In this document: one piece after another, positions 61,921-64,000 of the stretch | Layout: every line of letters starts with the position of its first letter | Numbering within the stretch: the stretch's first letter is position 1 | Assembly (NCBI GenBank): GCA_965112155.1 | Contig: OZ218110.1 | Direction: 5' to 3' (one strand) | Source of the DNA: Podarcis liolepis | Taxonomy: Eukaryota | DNA: 64,000 bases | Translations under genes and position numbers: made by a program | The notes under the pieces: model-generated | What the model saw: the letters and a program-made list of their open reading frames with translations, nothing else | Databases searched by the model: none | What the model was told of the DNA's origin: nothing

Positions 61921-62269
61921 AAAGGTAAAGGGACCCCTGACCATTAGGTCCAGTCATGACTGACTCTGGGGTTGCGGCGCTCATCTCGCTTTATTGGCCA
62001 AGGGAGCTGGCGTACAGCTTCCGGGTCATGTGGCCAGCAGGACTAAGCCACTTCTGGCGAACCAGAGCAGCGCACGGAACACCGTTTACCTTCCTGCTGG
62101 AGGGGTACCTATTTATCTACTTGCACTTTGATGTGCTTTCAAACTGCTAGGTTGGCAGGAGCTGGGACCGAGCAACAGGAGCTCACCCCGTCGCGGGGAT
62201 TCGAGCCGCTGACCTTCTGATCGGCAAGCCCTAGGCTCTGTGGTTTAACCCACAGCGCCACCCGCATCC
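61921..62269 (-). mobile_element. Sauria SINE nested in the composite MITE
   Basis: TSD-like CCACTTTTCCTTA/CCACATTTCCTTA. Confidence 0.92.
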
Positions 62270-62416
62270 ACATTTCCTTAGGATGTCCCTATTTTCATTG
62301 AAGAAATGTTGGAGGGTATGGAGTTATCCAACCCCCAAGCCACCTGAAGGCAATCCTGTTTAGGGAAGAGGTTTTTTTTAAAAAAAATGTTTAATGCTTT
62401 ATTATGTTTTTATGTA

Positions 62417-62675
62417 CCGTATTTTTCGCTCTATAAGACGCACCAGACCACAAGACGCACCTAGTTTTTGGAGGAGGAAAACAAGAAAAAAAATATTCCG
62501 AATCTCAGAAGCCAGAACAGCAAGAGGGATCGCTGTGCAGTGAAAGCAGCAATCCCTCTTGCTGTTCTGGCTTCTGGGATAGCTGCGCAGCCTGCATTCG
62601 CTCCATAAGACGCACACACATTTCCCCTTACTTTTTAGGAGGGAAAAAGTGAGTCTTATTGAGCAAAAAATACGG
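62417..62675. mobile_element. Tc1/mariner (pogo/Tigger-like) MITE with internal hairpin
   Basis: TIR CCGTATTTTTCGCTCTATAAGAC/GTCTTATTGAGCAAAAAATACGG, TA TSD. Confidence 0.88.
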
Positions 62676-62942
62676 TATGTTGGAAGCTGCCCAGAATGGC
62701 TGGGGCAACCCAGTAAGATGTGTGGGTATAAATAATAAAATAATCATTATGGAATGTGACGTCCCTCTTTTCATTGTTGGAGGGTATGGCATTGTCCTCT
62801 TCCATCAATCATTGTGCACAGTTCTTCTCAGACCCTCTGATGCTCAGTATCTGTGGAGCTTGCCATTACTTAGTAAAACATATGGGAAGATGGTTCAGGA
62901 GTGGCAAAAGGAAGCATCTTATTCCCACACATGTAAAGAATA

Positions 62943-63133
62943 GGAAGAACGGTAGTAGTTCAGCGGTAGAGCACATGTTTTTCATGCAGAAGGTTCCAGA
63001 TTTCAGTTCTTGGTGTCTCTAAGAAGGCTGGGAAGATGTCTGCCTCCAAAACTATAGAGAGCTGCTGTCAGCCAGTATAGACATTGCTGAGCTATGTGGA
63101 CCAATGGTTGGGCTCAGTATAAAGCAACTTCTT
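62943..63133 (+). mobile_element. Squam2-like tRNA SINE
   Basis: TAGTTCAGCGGTAGAGCAC...CATGCAGAAGGTTCC head, GGACCAATGGTTGGGCTCAGTATAAAGCAACTTC tail. Confidence 0.7.
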
Positions 63134-63604
63134 GAACTGACCAGCACTTATTCTGCTCCTTATAAAAGATCATTAGCTAAACCCAGAATAGGAGGAGGAG
63201 GAGATCATTTCACAGATGATCTAAAGGTCAACATGACGGTAAAGGAGCTAAAGGGACCTGTGGCTCTCATGATGTTGCTAAAAGTCCATTTCCCACCAAT
63301 TGCAACCAGCGTTGCCCATGCTTAGGACTGATGGGAGTTGTAGTCCAGCAATGCCTAGAGGGCGCCAGATCCCTCCATCTCTGGTTTGAGGAAAGGGAAA
63401 GCATTGGATTCAGGGTAATGGCTAAGCAGCTTCTGGTTGTTTAATGGAGGCTGCTTCCACCACTGGCTAGTGAAAGAAAGCAAGACTATTGTGGCATTCT
63501 CTTTGGAGCATGGTTGAAAAGGTCTGAAGGAATTGGACTACAAATGATAGTTACTATACTATTGTGGCCCAATGCTGAACCTTTTCCTGCCTTTCCCCCT
63601 ACAG

Positions 63605-63711
63605 AAGAGAAGCAAGTTGCACTACCATGTTGCTGTCATCATCAACTACCTTGGGCACTGCATTTCCCTGGCAGCACTGATAGCTGCTTTCGTCCTCTTC
63701 ATGCGCCTGAG
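63605..63711 (+). CDS. CRHR1: CRHR1 coding exon 5 ([36 protein letters not shown]; TM1); gene continues beyond the window
   Basis: pyrimidine tract and CAG acceptor, donor GAG|GTGAGT, 107 nt, phase 0-2; [17 protein letters not shown] is characteristic of CRHR1. Confidence 0.97.
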
Positions 63712-64000
63712 GTGAGTCAGGCCAAAGCGCCCATGACATCATTTGAAGCAGCCCTCACCTGCCTGCCGCTGGCCAGATGTTTACACACTACAGCTCCTCC
63801 AAGCACAGCTGTGCTAGCTGGGGCTGATGGGCGTTGAAGTCCCAAAAGCATTTGGAGGGTGTGCTAGGCTGGGGAAGGCTGATCTAAAAATTAAAGAGAG
63901 GTAGGGGCAAGGCAGTAACATGCGAGGGGAGGAGATCTGCCTTGAGAGTGGGGCAGTTCATCCTTTGGGCTGTTCCTGTGCTGCCATTTTGCACGCTCTT

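Larger units (their letters stand above)
61833..62788. mobile_element. composite MITE carrying an L2 3' tail (copy B), hosting two nested insertions
   Basis: ends CTGACCCTACAA/TTGGAGGGTATG; right-end motif present twice (62281-62320 and about 62757-62788). Confidence 0.7.

Noticed and set aside
14391-63711. Assignment as CRHR2
   Set aside because: PRSAAG, PEYF and NYSQC are shared with CRHR2, but [41 protein letters not shown] and the exon layout fit CRHR1

Overview
Vertebrate genomic DNA, most likely from a lacertid lizard (inferred from Sauria/Squam1 SINEs with (ACCTTT)n tails and Squam3-type SINEs with (CTT)n tails). The only host gene I can support is the 5' part of CRHR1 (corticotropin-releasing hormone receptor 1, class B1 GPCR) on the + strand. 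It has a GC-rich promoter at about 14.0-14.7 kb and coding exons 1-5 at 14391-14417, 36683-36767, 54552-54671, 59658-59743 and 63605-63711, all GT-AG with compatible phases. These splice to [141 protein letters not shown] (signal peptide, six-Cys ectodomain, TM1); the gene continues past the window. The rest is intergenic or intronic DNA dense in TEs: SINEs, L1/L2/CR1/Rex1 fragments, solo LTRs, Tc1/mariner and hAT MITEs, and a Penelope remnant with a decayed hammerhead ribozyme. I found no convincing new multi-gene system. The best leads are: a possible soluble CRHR1 ectodomain made by intron-4 read-through, ectodomain substitutions affecting glycosylation and ligand selectivity, inverted SINE pairs around exons 2-4, a composite MITE carrying a captured L2 tail, the hammerhead relic, and an unexplained repeat-bounded 1.3-kb segment in intron 2. 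Reference-sequence comparisons and TE family names are from recall, not database searches.
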